Below are positions 20,336 to 30,074 of a stretch of DNA of 64,000 nucleotides, in pieces. Each line of letters begins with the position of its first letter. Position 1 is the first letter of the stretch. Below the pieces are notes generated by a model. It searched no databases and had not been told where the DNA came from. It saw nothing but the letters and a program-made list of their open reading frames with translations. The DNA comes from Turneriella sp. (lineage in GTDB: Bacteria > Spirochaetota > Leptospiria > Turneriellales > Turneriellaceae): contig CBDIID010000003.1 in the NCBI GenBank assembly GCA_965279515.1, positions 3,488,001 through 3,552,000 on the forward strand, read 5' to 3'. A program made the translations under genes and the position numbers.

Positions 20336-21181
20336 ATGATTATTAACCATAACATGAGCGCGATCAATTCGCATCGCGTACTCAAGTTCCAGAACGATGA
20401 ACTGTCGAAGAACATGGAAAAGCTTTCGAGCGGCATGCGGATCAACCGCGGCGGCGACGATGCTTCCGGTCTCGCAGTCTCGGAAAAGATGCGTACACAG
20501 GTGGCGGGTCTTCGCCAGGCTGAGCGCAACACCGAAGACGGCATGAGCATGATTCAGACAACCGAAGGTTACCTGAACGAGCTCTCTGAACTACTGCAGC
20601 GCGTACGCGTGTTGGGCGTTCAGTCTTCCAACGGTATCTATACCGCAGAAGACCGTCAGATGATGCAGGTGGAGGTCTCTCAGTTAATCGATGAGGTCGA
20701 CCGTATTGCATCTCAGGCCGAGTTCAACACGATGAAACTGTTGCAAGGTGATTTTGCGCGTTCATCGTCGACTGCTTCGATGTGGTTCCACATGGGTGCG
20801 AACATGCACCAGCGCGAGCGTGTGTTCATCGCTACGATGACTGCACAGGCGCTGAACCTGCGTTCACAGGCTGGCGGCATTGAGTCAATCTCAACCGCTT
20901 CCAAGGCGAACAACATCATCGGTCTGATGGACGATGCGCTGCAACAGGTGAGCCGCCAACGGGCAAACCTGGGTGCATACTTCAATCGTCTCGAGCATGC
21001 GGCGAAAGGCCTCATGAACGCATACGAGAACATCCAGGCATCTGAAAGCCGCATCCGCGATACGGATATGGCAGAAGAGATGACGAAGTTCACGAAGAAC
21101 CAGGTGCTGATCCAGAGCGGTACGGCGATGTTGGCTCAGGCAAACCAGAAACCACAATCGGTGTTGCACCTGCTGAGATAG
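20336..21181 (+). CDS. flaB: Periplasmic flagellar filament core protein FlaB
   Basis: [14 protein letters not shown]...[36 protein letters not shown]; spirochete SMWFHMGAN motif. Confidence 0.98.
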   Translation: MIINHNMSAINSHRVLKFQNDELSKNMEKLSSGMRINRGGDDASGLAVSEKMRTQVAGLRQAERNTEDGMSMIQTTEGYLNELSELLQRVRVLGVQSSNGIYTAEDRQMMQVEVSQLIDEVDRIASQAEFNTMKLLQGDFARSSSTASMWFHMGANMHQRERVFIATMTAQALNLRSQAGGIESISTASKANNIIGLMDDALQQVSRQRANLGAYFNRLEHAAKGLMNAYENIQASESRIRDTDMAEEMTKFTKNQVLIQSGTAMLAQANQKPQSVLHLLR

Positions 21182-21190
21182 TAGGGTATG

Positions 21191-21234
21191 GGTCGGGACG
21201 CGCTTTGGTGCGTCCCGACTTGATTTCCATTTTT
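21191..21234 (+). terminator. Terminator-like hairpin after first flaB
   Basis: GGTCGGGACGCGC-TTTG-GTGCGTCCCGACT with an interrupted T tract. Confidence 0.65.
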
Positions 21235-21276
21235 AACGCAGGGGCAGCATAGGCTGCCTTTTCGTGTTTGCCACAG

Positions 21277-21707
21277 GGAATGCCTAAAAAGGTAAAAAAG
21301 ATAGTCGCAATCGTTATTGCGAAAACCAAAAGCAGCGAAGCGCTTTAGCAGCCGTTTCCTCTTGGAAACGGCGCGACCCTTCGGGTCTCCGCTTCGGAGG
21401 CTTTTGGTTTTCGAAACCTTTTTGGGCATTCCAATGTCATGGTTTTCTCCTTCTCAGAGACCAGGATTACCCGCGGGGTGATCTTGTTTGGTCATCCCGC
21501 GAACTTTCCGGGTGTCTGATTGGGAGAGACCTGTCCTGCGAAGCCGCGCCCGTCCATCCGTGGACTAGCGCGGCCCTTAGCCATCCGTGGCTAGGGGGAT
21601 AGAGACCGCTCAGCAAGGATGCTGCGCGGCCGATGTCTCGAACACAGACACTTTAGTCTGAGGCAAACCTGGGGGTTTGTCCAGATAATAAAGACAAAGG
21701 AGTGTCT
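21277..21707 (+). ncRNA. Candidate long structured RNA / leader of second flaB
   Basis: Nested long stems with G-U pairs on the + strand and GGA-loop hairpins; see findings. Confidence 0.55.
21543..21596 (-). repeat. Double-hairpin ANGGA element (intergenic copy)
   Basis: Minus strand: CCCTAGCC-ACGGAT-GGCTAAGG then GCCGCGC-TA-GTCC-ACGGAT-GGAC-GG-GCGCGGC. Confidence 0.7.
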
Positions 21708-22556
21708 ATGATCATTCGCAACAACCTGAGCGCAATCAATGCGCACCGGGTTCTCAAGTTCAACGAATGGAACCAGGACAAGACCATCGCCAAATTGGCT
21801 TCCGGTGAGAGAATCACCAAGTCATCCGACGATGCGTCTGGTCTTGCGGTTTCAGAGAAAATGAGAACGCAGGTGCAGGGATTACGCCAGGCAGAAAGAA
21901 ATACCGAAGACGGTATGAGCTTCGTGCAGACGGCCGACGGTTATTTAAACCAGTTGGGCGATCTGCTGCAGCGCGTACGCGTTTTGGCCATTCAGTCGGC
22001 CAACGGTATCTACACGGCAGAAGACCGGCAATTGATGCAGGTTGAAATTTCGCAGCTCGTCGACGAGGTAGACCGCGTCGCGTCGCAGGCGGAGTTCAAT
22101 CGCTTCAAGGTGCTGTTAGGCGACTATGCGAGAACCTCGAAGACCGCTTCGATGTGGTTCCACATGGGTGCCAACATGCACCAGCGGGAACGCGTCTTCG
22201 TCGGCACGATGACGGCATCGGCTCTTAAATTAAAAGAGAACGGTGCTGTCGAATCGCTGTCGACGGCGTCACAGGCCAATGACCTCATTGGCGTGGTAGA
22301 CGAGGCTTTAGGCAAATTGCTGAAGCAGCGTGCCGATCTGGGGAGCTATTCCAATAGGCTGGAAATGTCCGCGAAGGGCTTGATGAGCGCTTATGAAAAC
22401 ATACAGGCGTCAGAGAGCCGCATTCGTGATGCGGACATGGCAGAAGAGATGGTCCATTTCACAACGGGCCAGATCTTACAGCAGAGTGGTACGGCGATGC
22501 TCGCCCAGGCAAATCAGCGCGCAACAAGCGTGATGCGTCTTCTGGGACGTGATTAA
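21708..22556 (+). CDS. flaB: Second FlaB flagellin paralog
   Basis: [14 protein letters not shown]...[18 protein letters not shown] 21708 follows AAGGAG SD. Confidence 0.98.
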   Translation: MIIRNNLSAINAHRVLKFNEWNQDKTIAKLASGERITKSSDDASGLAVSEKMRTQVQGLRQAERNTEDGMSFVQTADGYLNQLGDLLQRVRVLAIQSANGIYTAEDRQLMQVEISQLVDEVDRVASQAEFNRFKVLLGDYARTSKTASMWFHMGANMHQRERVFVGTMTASALKLKENGAVESLSTASQANDLIGVVDEALGKLLKQRADLGSYSNRLEMSAKGLMSAYENIQASESRIRDADMAEEMVHFTTGQILQQSGTAMLAQANQRATSVMRLLGRD

Positions 22557-22566
22557 GTGAATGCCT

Positions 22567-22602
22567 GCCCAGCCTTTCCCTTCGGGAAGGCTGGGCTTTT
22601 TT
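22567..22602 (+). terminator. Rho-independent terminator
   Basis: GCCCAGCCTT(T)CCC-TTC-GGGAAGGCTGGGC followed by TTTTTT. Confidence 0.85.
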
Positions 22603-22603
22603 G

Positions 22604-25066
22604 TTATTTAGTTTCAATGGAGGTCATAATGCCGTGCGGGGTGAATTCGAAATTCAGTCTGAATTCTTCCGTTGCGAAGAAGTCGGCAAAGAGTTCTTCT
22701 ACAATCTTCATGTCGGCATGGCTAAGCGCGCGTGTGCCAAAGATGCTGTGAGTGGGATTTCCCTTCTTTATGGAATAATTTCCCCCTGCTGGGCAAACGA
22801 GTTTAAAACCGTATCTTTTCGAAATCGCTTCGGCCGCGTCTTCGCCTGGGAATACCAGCGCTGCGAGCTTGATGGTGCCGAGGTGGGCGAGGCAGCCCTT
22901 TTGTATAACTTCGGCATTGCTCTGCACGATGGCCGGCTTCTCGTTTTTGATCTGCGCCGGGCGGTAGAGCGCGACGAGATTACCTTTTTGTGCCTGCGTT
23001 TCTTTTTTAGCGTCGATGAATTTTTCTGCGTATTCGCGCGTCGACGTCACCTGAATCGTTTTGCCGTCGACCCATGCGTGGAAGCGGAAGGTCAGCGTGC
23101 GAAAAAAATCCAAAACAAACACGGTGATTTTTTTGCCGTTGTGCGTGTAGTCGTAGGTGTCATAGGTTCGCCTGCGTGATTCATAATGGCTCATGCCGCT
23201 CAACACAGTAATCAGGTTTTCGGCCGCCGTCGCATCTTTCATCTCGAGTGAGACGCGTAGCGGGTGAAAGAGCGACCAGGCGAGCACACCGATCATCGCG
23301 TCGGCGCGCATCCGTCCGCGCGTCAGTTCACGGAATAAAATATTCGGTTCGAAGTCGATGGTGGGGTAGTTGTCGAGACCATGGATCTGCACATTGCCGG
23401 TTAAACCCTCTAAAAACTGGGCATCGTCGCGCGCGACGCGCAGGGCTTTCATGGGCTCGAGATTTATTTTGGCCGCGAGCGACAATGTCTCACCTGGCAT
23501 CGAGGTGATCGTGTGTGTCGGCGGTGTACCGCCCATGAACTGTGTGATCTGGTTGTAGATCGAGTTTTCGATCAGTGGCAGAATCGCGATTTCCATCTTG
23601 ATGCCGTTTGGTTTCTTTTTGAAGCGGATGCCGATCGGGTCAAAGTATTCGCGCCAGAAGTTGGAATAATTTTCGACGAAGCGCGTATATCCCTCCGCTT
23701 CGGCCTGCGTCACCTTTCTGAGCGGCATCTCGAGATTGGGCTTCAAAAACCCCAGCGTGCCGAGCTCTGCATGTTCAGCCCTGAAGCCGCTGATACGGAT
23801 ATTTGCAAAATTTTCGCGAAGTTTCTTTAGCATCGCCTCATCCACAGCGGTATTTTGCAATAATTCATCCAGATTGGCCGCGGTTTTACCATACACATGC
23901 TGGTGCAGCAGGATCAACTTCTCAGCCCGGGCAAGTTTGAACGCCACTTCCATGCGCCGCGCCTCGGCAATACGTACGTGCGGCGAAACCAGCCGGCGGA
24001 TGAACGCGTCGGAAAAATAGATAAAACCGTCTTCAGTCTCGCGGCTGGCGGTGTAGACGCTGCGCATGTATTTGAATTCGTCGAGCGCGGCGAGCGCAGC
24101 TTCCTTTTTCTGCGCGACACGAATCAGGCGGGCGAGCGCTACCGGAGAATTCGATATGATGGCGATATCGCCTTCCATATAAAGAAGCGATCGCAATCTG
24201 TTGTCGGGTGACGCGATGAAATGAACTGTGGCATTCTCAATTTTAAGACTTTCTTCTCTCGCTCCGGAAACTTCTTTGAGATATTTACTGCGGTACATTT
24301 TGATGGTTGTTTCAAACAGCATCTTCTGTTTCAGTTTGAAAATCAGTGAAACATCGGTGCCCATACCGAAAAAGAAATCGGAAGAAACCATCGCCATCTC
24401 GTCGATAACCGAATCGTAGAAAATCCGCGCTTCTTTGTTTTCAACGATAGCCAGCTGAGCCATGATGCGTTTTTTCAGGGCGCTGTCGACGGGTGCATCG
24501 CTGAAGCGGTTATAGAAGGCGCCGCCGGTCTGGTTCAGGTAGTCGCCGAAATCGAGCGCGCGCGTCAGCGATGAGAAATGCGCATAGAACCAATCGGGCG
24601 GCACACTCGCCGCAAGCTCGGAACAAGGATGTTCGAGGCTCGCCGTGCGCATGGAGGCGCATCTTTCGGCGAGCGGGAATGCTTCGGATTTTCTGCCCTT
24701 CAGCATCTGTGCAAAAGGATGCGATTGCACCTGTGGACCCTTGAGCGTGGCGACATCCACCGTGGCCTTGTCGCCCGCCGATGCGCGAATCGTATCGACT
24801 TGCAGCGATTCGCGTATGGCGAGGGCGCCGGAGAAGAGATCGAAGGGACTTACCTGTGGCCTCGACCGCCATGCTGATTCTTCACGGCTTTTACCGCGCT
24901 CCAGGTATTCAAGCATAGCCTCGGCATAACCGAGCCGGTCGCCGCCGGCATTTTCGATCATTCCGAGTTCGGTTTTGATTTTTGCAACTTTCGCCGGATC
25001 GAGGAGCGCATGGACTTTCGAAAGGGAAAGCAAAAGTAATACGGATACAGAGAATATTTTCGGCAT
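22604..25066 (-). CDS. Large secreted hypothetical protein (820 aa)
   Basis: Signal peptide; C-terminal C...CPAGGNY; no family recognised. Confidence 0.85.
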   Translation of the reverse strand: MPKIFSVSVLLLLSLSKVHALLDPAKVAKIKTELGMIENAGGDRLGYAEAMLEYLERGKSREESAWRSRPQVSPFDLFSGALAIRESLQVDTIRASAGDKATVDVATLKGPQVQSHPFAQMLKGRKSEAFPLAERCASMRTASLEHPCSELAASVPPDWFYAHFSSLTRALDFGDYLNQTGGAFYNRFSDAPVDSALKKRIMAQLAIVENKEARIFYDSVIDEMAMVSSDFFFGMGTDVSLIFKLKQKMLFETTIKMYRSKYLKEVSGAREESLKIENATVHFIASPDNRLRSLLYMEGDIAIISNSPVALARLIRVAQKKEAALAALDEFKYMRSVYTASRETEDGFIYFSDAFIRRLVSPHVRIAEARRMEVAFKLARAEKLILLHQHVYGKTAANLDELLQNTAVDEAMLKKLRENFANIRISGFRAEHAELGTLGFLKPNLEMPLRKVTQAEAEGYTRFVENYSNFWREYFDPIGIRFKKKPNGIKMEIAILPLIENSIYNQITQFMGGTPPTHTITSMPGETLSLAAKINLEPMKALRVARDDAQFLEGLTGNVQIHGLDNYPTIDFEPNILFRELTRGRMRADAMIGVLAWSLFHPLRVSLEMKDATAAENLITVLSGMSHYESRRRTYDTYDYTHNGKKITVFVLDFFRTLTFRFHAWVDGKTIQVTSTREYAEKFIDAKKETQAQKGNLVALYRPAQIKNEKPAIVQSNAEVIQKGCLAHLGTIKLAALVFPGEDAAEAISKRYGFKLVCPAGGNYSIKKGNPTHSIFGTRALSHADMKIVEELFADFFATEEFRLNFEFTPHGIMTSIETK
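24617..24674 (+). repeat. Double-hairpin ANGGA element within CDS (antisense)
   Basis: CTC(G)GAAC-AAGGAT-GTTCGAG then GCTCGCCG-TGCGC-ATGGAG-GCGCA-TCTTT-CGGCGAGC. Confidence 0.8.
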
Positions 25067-25145
25067 TCGTCAGTCTGACGAGGCAGCGACGGTCTGCAAA
25101 CGTATTTCATTTGCCATGTTATCTCAGAATATCTATGTTATTACT

Positions 25146-25552
25146 GACAGGAGCAACCGCGCTGCTTTCAGCAATGAAAGTGTGAGGAAAGTCCGGACAC
25201 CACGGGACACGGGGCCAGAGCGATCTGGGCGTTTGGTTTCGGCCAGGCGACGAAAAGTGCCACAGAAAATATACTGCCGGCGTCGTTTCTCGCGAAACGA
25301 CTTCGGTAAGGGTGAAATGGTGGGGTAAGAGCCCACCGCGCGGCTGAGAGGTTTGCGGCAGGGTAAACTCCCCCGGGTGCAATTTCAAGATTTCGGCCTT
25401 CTCTTTAGAGGGTAACCTTGGCGTGTTCCCGCCGGGAAGGTCGATTGGTAGAAAGCGAAGGGCTGAGGGGTATAACCCTCAGACAAGAGAAATGGTTGCA
25501 ATGGGCGATTCGGCGACGAATCGCCTTTACAGAATCCGGCTTATGATTGTCA
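25146..25552 (+). ncRNA. rnpB: RNase P RNA (type A)
   Basis: GAGGAAAGTCCGGACAC, AAAGTGCCACAGAAA, GGGTGAAATGGTGGGGTAAGAGCCCACCG, GGTAAACTCCCCCGGGTGCAA, ACAGAATCCGGCTTAT; ends approximate. Confidence 0.97.
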
Positions 25553-25560
25553 TGAGGTTT

Positions 25561-25582
25561 AAGGGGGCCAAATGGCCCCCTT
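25561..25582 (+). terminator. Hairpin downstream of rnpB
   Basis: AAGGGGGCCA-AA-TGGCCCCCTT. Confidence 0.55.
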
Positions 25583-25595
25583 AACAACCCCGTTT

Positions 25596-26576
25596 ATGAG
25601 ATATACAGCAATCTGGTTTCTAATGGGGCTATCTCAAATCGCCGCCGCCGATCTTAAGAGCGATGTCGTTATTATACAGGCATCCGCAAAAAAGTTGATC
25701 TTTCTCGATTTTTACAATGAGACCAATGACCAGAACCTGCAGTTTCTTTCGAACTCCTTTGGCGACGGTGCCCATGCCGCGATTGAAGGCAAGTACCGTT
25801 ACACACGAATTCCATCCGAAACATGGAAAAAATATGCGGCGGATAAAAAGTGGCAGAATTCAGACTTCTTCGATATTAGAAAAATCCGCGAAATGGGCCG
25901 CGATCTCGGCGCTGACGGCGTCATCTTCGGCAAGTTTGTTGCGGGCAAAGATAATCTCGAAATGCACGGTAAGATTTTTTCGGTGATCGACGGCGAGATC
26001 ATCGGCGAAGAGCGCGGCAATGCCAAACTCGATTCGACGATGTTTGAAACCGTGGGCAAGGTTTCGGCGAATCTCGCAGTTAAGATCAAAGACCTCTTCG
26101 TGCCGTCAGACCGCGGCGCACTGTGGCGTTCGGCGCTACTGCCGGGCTGGGGACATTTTTATAAAGAACGCCGGCAGTGGGGCTACTTCTGGTCGATCGC
26201 CGCCGGCGCGGCGTTCGCCTACACGCTCACGGCGACCACGGTCTTCCTTGTGTACCAGAACCAGTACAAGAGTGCATCCCCCGAAGCGTACCGCAATGCG
26301 TTCGGGCATGTCGGTCTCTACGACGAGGCTTCGGCGCAGGCCGAGTTCGACCGCCTCGAAAACACGACGAACCAATGGGGCACCATGGCGCTGGCGGGCC
26401 TCATCACAACGACGGTCATTTATTCGGCGAGTTTGTTGCATGCGTGGCTCATCAGGGCCGACCTCGGCAATATCACGCCGGGCGCAGCGACGGCGTTCAA
26501 AATGCATTTTAATGTTGAAAGCGCATATGCGGGCGGTATCTCGGCCCGGTTGGGTTATGAGTACCGGTGGGATTAA
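25596..26576 (+). CDS. TolB-N/CsgG-like domain + DUF5683-like membrane protein
   Basis: Signal peptide; G..LGAD.VIFG.F; ALWRSALLPGWGHFY; two TM segments. Confidence 0.7.
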   Translation: MRYTAIWFLMGLSQIAAADLKSDVVIIQASAKKLIFLDFYNETNDQNLQFLSNSFGDGAHAAIEGKYRYTRIPSETWKKYAADKKWQNSDFFDIRKIREMGRDLGADGVIFGKFVAGKDNLEMHGKIFSVIDGEIIGEERGNAKLDSTMFETVGKVSANLAVKIKDLFVPSDRGALWRSALLPGWGHFYKERRQWGYFWSIAAGAAFAYTLTATTVFLVYQNQYKSASPEAYRNAFGHVGLYDEASAQAEFDRLENTTNQWGTMALAGLITTTVIYSASLLHAWLIRADLGNITPGAATAFKMHFNVESAYAGGISARLGYEYRWD

Positions 26577-27699
26577 CCGCATTTTTGGAGCCGGCGTTTT
26601 CGCGCTGCCGCTCGTTTTCTTTTTGCCGGCCTGCAAACTGAACAAAGACATCAATTGTCTCAACCCGAAGTCAGGTTGTTTTGAGCGCGATAAAGAGCTG
26701 CCTGCGATTGTTTTGACAACGCCGCAGTCGCAACCCTCGACGGCAGCACCGGCGGCGGTCGCCACGCTCAACACGCTCGTGCTGAATTTTTCCGAACCGA
26801 TGAAAAACGCGGACGATCTTTCAAACTACCCGAACCCGACAGTGTCGGGCGGCAGTCTTTCGATCACTTCCGTGACCAAGATCAACAGCCAGACCTACCA
26901 GCTCAACCTCACCGGCGCAGTGGGTACCGGCACCGTCGTGTTCGATCTCAGCCGCCTCAAAGATCTCGCGGGCAATACACTTTCGCCGGCAAACCACACC
27001 GTTCTGACCAGCTCGATCGCCGCGGTGCCCGATGCCGTGACTTCCAGCGGCGGCTATGCTGAAACCAACATCACATGGACGAACACAACACCGTATGCGA
27101 TGACGTATACCGTGAAAAAGAACGGCGCGGATTGCACTTCCGCAACGGCGGTTAACGGCAGCAATAAGTCGGGCACTGTGATGTCAAATGGGCAGGTTGT
27201 CACAAATCTGGCGTTTGGAGAGTTCACCGCAGGTTCGACGGATACCATCCGCGTTTGCCTGACACCCGTGTCTACAGGTAGCGCCACAGCGTTAACCGTC
27301 AGCGTCGCGCGCGACGACTCACCACCCACGCTGAGCACACTGTCGCTCACGCGCTGTCAGTTGCCTTACCAAATTACGGTCACCTGCACCGACAATGCCG
27401 ACCGCATTATCTACACGATCGACGGTACTCTGCCCTCGTTTAACGTGACACCCACAGGCTCTGCAGTCGGCGCCACAGCGAGCGCAAATTCACTGGCCTA
27501 TTCGCTTACCGGTGGCTATTCGCTCACCACGCATGGCCTTGTAACATTCCGCTATCTCTGCATCGACAAGGCCGGGCATCTGAACACAGGTAACGTACAG
27601 GCGGCGACCTGTCAGTCGAAAGGGGTGTGGGGGTCTCATGCAGCCGGCACGCCGTGGTATGCACCGAGCCCCACGCAGCCGTTTGATGTGTGGGACTGA
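26557..27699 (+). CDS. Ig-like-domain surface lipoprotein with Trp-rich C-terminus
   Basis: Start MSTGGINR (26557); lipobox LPAC; L.FSEP (Big_5-like); IIYTIDGTLP (Fn3-associated); Thr/Ser-rich; ends GVWG...PWY...FDVWD. Confidence 0.8.
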   Translation: MSTGGINRIFGAGVFALPLVFFLPACKLNKDINCLNPKSGCFERDKELPAIVLTTPQSQPSTAAPAAVATLNTLVLNFSEPMKNADDLSNYPNPTVSGGSLSITSVTKINSQTYQLNLTGAVGTGTVVFDLSRLKDLAGNTLSPANHTVLTSSIAAVPDAVTSSGGYAETNITWTNTTPYAMTYTVKKNGADCTSATAVNGSNKSGTVMSNGQVVTNLAFGEFTAGSTDTIRVCLTPVSTGSATALTVSVARDDSPPTLSTLSLTRCQLPYQITVTCTDNADRIIYTIDGTLPSFNVTPTGSAVGATASANSLAYSLTGGYSLTTHGLVTFRYLCIDKAGHLNTGNVQAATCQSKGVWGSHAAGTPWYAPSPTQPFDVWD

Positions 27700-27751
27700 A
27701 GTTTTGGGTTGACATGCCGTCATTACAGGTTTCGGTTCGCGCTGGTTTTCA

Positions 27752-28498
27752 ATGAGTTCCGAAATGGACAGGGTTAGTCGTGCGGAGTTTGAAGCCTTAA
27801 AGGCGGAACTCGCGGCACTCAAACTTTCGCGCCTGCAAAAGACTTTCCGCGCAGCGCAAAGAAATAAGCGTACAATACTTGCCGGAGTAATCATGGGGCT
27901 TGTTATTCCAATGACAATTTCTGCGCTCAGTATCACGAAGACTCATACTTTCACCGCAGGGAATCCGACTGTAGCTTCCGAAATTAATACAAACTTTGAT
28001 CAACTTTTTACCAAGGTAAATGATTTAGCGGCATATCATCCGCCTGTCGGCTCAATAATCGCCTGGCATAAGGATATGTTGGGGCCCACGCCGGGTTTGC
28101 CGTTGAGTGGTGAATGGGTCGAATGCAATGGCCAAATGCTAAACGATACCGGTTCGCCCTATCACACTCGTGTGATACCCAATCTAAATGGTTATGGCGG
28201 TGGGGCCGATTCTCCTGACATGGGGGCAAAAGTTCGTATGTTTCTACGGGGCAATACGATCTCAGGTGCCGGAGAGCTGGATTCATTTCAGGGACATTAT
28301 CATAACCGTTTGACGAATAACGTTACTGGCATCAATGGGTCTGGTCCATGGACCTTTACTTCAGGGTCTTCTGCGGGTACCGTTGTTGATGTTACGGTAA
28401 CAGAACCTACTAACGATGGAAGCCATGGCACACCCCGCACCGCCAACGAAACCCGTCCCGTCAACATGTCTGTCGTCTGGATCATGAAGGTGAAATAA
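27752..28498 (+). CDS. Tail-collar/short-tail-fibre-like exported protein, copy 1
   Basis: PPVGSIIAW, WVECNGQ, IPNL, FLRG, D.FQGHYH, ETRPVNMSVVWIMKVK; N-terminal coiled coil + TM. Confidence 0.85.
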   Translation: MSSEMDRVSRAEFEALKAELAALKLSRLQKTFRAAQRNKRTILAGVIMGLVIPMTISALSITKTHTFTAGNPTVASEINTNFDQLFTKVNDLAAYHPPVGSIIAWHKDMLGPTPGLPLSGEWVECNGQMLNDTGSPYHTRVIPNLNGYGGGADSPDMGAKVRMFLRGNTISGAGELDSFQGHYHNRLTNNVTGINGSGPWTFTSGSSAGTVVDVTVTEPTNDGSHGTPRTANETRPVNMSVVWIMKVK

Positions 28499-28582
28499 GC
28501 CAAAAATTTGCCGACCACTGGTGTATCTGCATGTCGAAGTTTTGATTGACGCTATAGTTGCCCGAGCTTCAGGCACGGCGCT

Positions 28583-29320
28583 ATGGATCAAGAAACCCGG
28601 GCAGAGTTCGATGCGCTTAAGGCTGCACACGCACAGATGGTTGCGGAGCTGTCCGAGCTGAAATTGACTCGCCTACAGAAGAGTGTGCGCGCCTTCAAAA
28701 GAAATAAGCGGCTCGTGGTGGGATTTATCGGTGTAATGATACTTATTCCGTTATCGCTCTATGCGCTGAGCATCACGAAGTCTTTTACTTTTACGGCAGG
28801 AAATCCCACTGTGGCTTCGGAGGTGAATGCAAATTTCGACCAGCTTTTCACGAAGGTGAACGACTTAGCGTTCTATCACCCGCCGATTGGTTCAATTATC
28901 GGCTGGCATAAAAGCGAAGGCAGTACGCCTGGCTTACCTGCGAGTGGAGAGTGGGTTGAGTGCAATGGTCAAACGCTGAACGATAACAACTCTCCCTATC
29001 ACACTCACGTGATCCCTAACCTAAACGGGGCAGCCAGTGGCGCGGATTCACCGGGGCTTACGGCAAAAGCACGCATGTTTTTGCGCGGTGATACGACATC
29101 GGGTACGGGGCAGCTGGACGCTTTTCAAGGGCATTGGCATTATCTATTTATGCAGATTAACACCGGTACAGCAGGATCAAGCCCAGGTGGCACAACATTT
29201 TCGCCAACTGGAGATCACACATCAGAAGCAATTACAGACGGAAGTAACGGCACCCCCCGCACCGCCAGTGAAACCCGGCCCGTGAATATGTCTGTCGTGT
29301 GGATCATGAAGGTAAAGTAA
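28583..29320 (+). CDS. Tail-collar/short-tail-fibre-like exported protein, copy 2
   Basis: Same motifs as copy 1 (GHWH). Confidence 0.85.
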   Translation: MDQETRAEFDALKAAHAQMVAELSELKLTRLQKSVRAFKRNKRLVVGFIGVMILIPLSLYALSITKSFTFTAGNPTVASEVNANFDQLFTKVNDLAFYHPPIGSIIGWHKSEGSTPGLPASGEWVECNGQTLNDNNSPYHTHVIPNLNGAASGADSPGLTAKARMFLRGDTTSGTGQLDAFQGHWHYLFMQINTGTAGSSPGGTTFSPTGDHTSEAITDGSNGTPRTASETRPVNMSVVWIMKVK

Positions 29321-29325
29321 GACAT

Positions 29326-30069
29326 ATGCATGAATTAGACAGCGAAGCCAGATTTCAAAAGCTCGAGAGTGAACTGGCTATTCAAGCGCGACAAATAGCT
29401 GAACTCAGCCTTTCCCGCAGGCAAAGAACATTGCATGTAATGCGCCGAAATAAACGTGCGATATTCGGCGGCGTAATCATAGGACTTATCATTCCGGTAG
29501 CTATTTCTTCGCTGAGTATTACCAAGTCTCATACTTTCTCGGCAGGAAATCCGACTGTGGCCTCGGAAGTAAATGCAAATTTCGATCAACTTTTTGTCAA
29601 AGTAAATGATCTCGCGGCATTTCATCCGCCGATTGGTACAATTCTGGCCTGGCATAAATCTCTTGGCGGTGTAACGCCTGCATTACCAGCGAGTGGGGAA
29701 TGGGTCGAATGCAATGGCCAGATCCTCAGTGACCCGCAATCTCCTTACAATACTCATGCCATACCTAATCTGAATAATCCGCCGGCCAACCCCGCTGGTG
29801 GTAATTATCCGGGTGGATATTTTTTGCGCGGTGCCTTAACGAGTGGAACGATTCAAGATGATAGATTCCAGGGACATTGGCATGCGATAAATCGCCTCTC
29901 TGGTTATACGGTAGGAACTCAGTTTTTTGCGGCCGATGGTCCCGCGAACGGATCAGTCTTGGGGGAAGCTCATGAAGCGGTATCCGACGGCACCAATGGC
30001 ACACCGCGCATCGCTGCCGAAACCCGGCCCGTGAATATGTCAGTCGTGTGGATCATGAAGGTAAAGTAG
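29326..30069 (+). CDS. Tail-collar/short-tail-fibre-like exported protein, copy 3
   Basis: Same motifs; ATG 29326 lies just after the copy 2 stop. Confidence 0.85.
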   Translation: MHELDSEARFQKLESELAIQARQIAELSLSRRQRTLHVMRRNKRAIFGGVIIGLIIPVAISSLSITKSHTFSAGNPTVASEVNANFDQLFVKVNDLAAFHPPIGTILAWHKSLGGVTPALPASGEWVECNGQILSDPQSPYNTHAIPNLNNPPANPAGGNYPGGYFLRGALTSGTIQDDRFQGHWHAINRLSGYTVGTQFFAADGPANGSVLGEAHEAVSDGTNGTPRIAAETRPVNMSVVWIMKVK

Positions 30070-30074
30070 CTAAA

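Noticed and set aside
21277..21531. 6S RNA, SRP RNA, tmRNA or c-di-GMP riboswitch
   Set aside because: Diagnostic motifs (SRP helix 8, tmRNA tRNA-like ends, GEMM P1/P2) were not found by eye; left unassigned pending cmscan.
25119..25587. Short ORFs over 25119-25587
   Set aside because: They lie within the RNase P RNA gene.
26020..26556. N-terminal extension of the 559-aa ORF
   Set aside because: Arg/Ser-rich off-frame read of the upstream gene; the lipoprotein signal starts at 26557.
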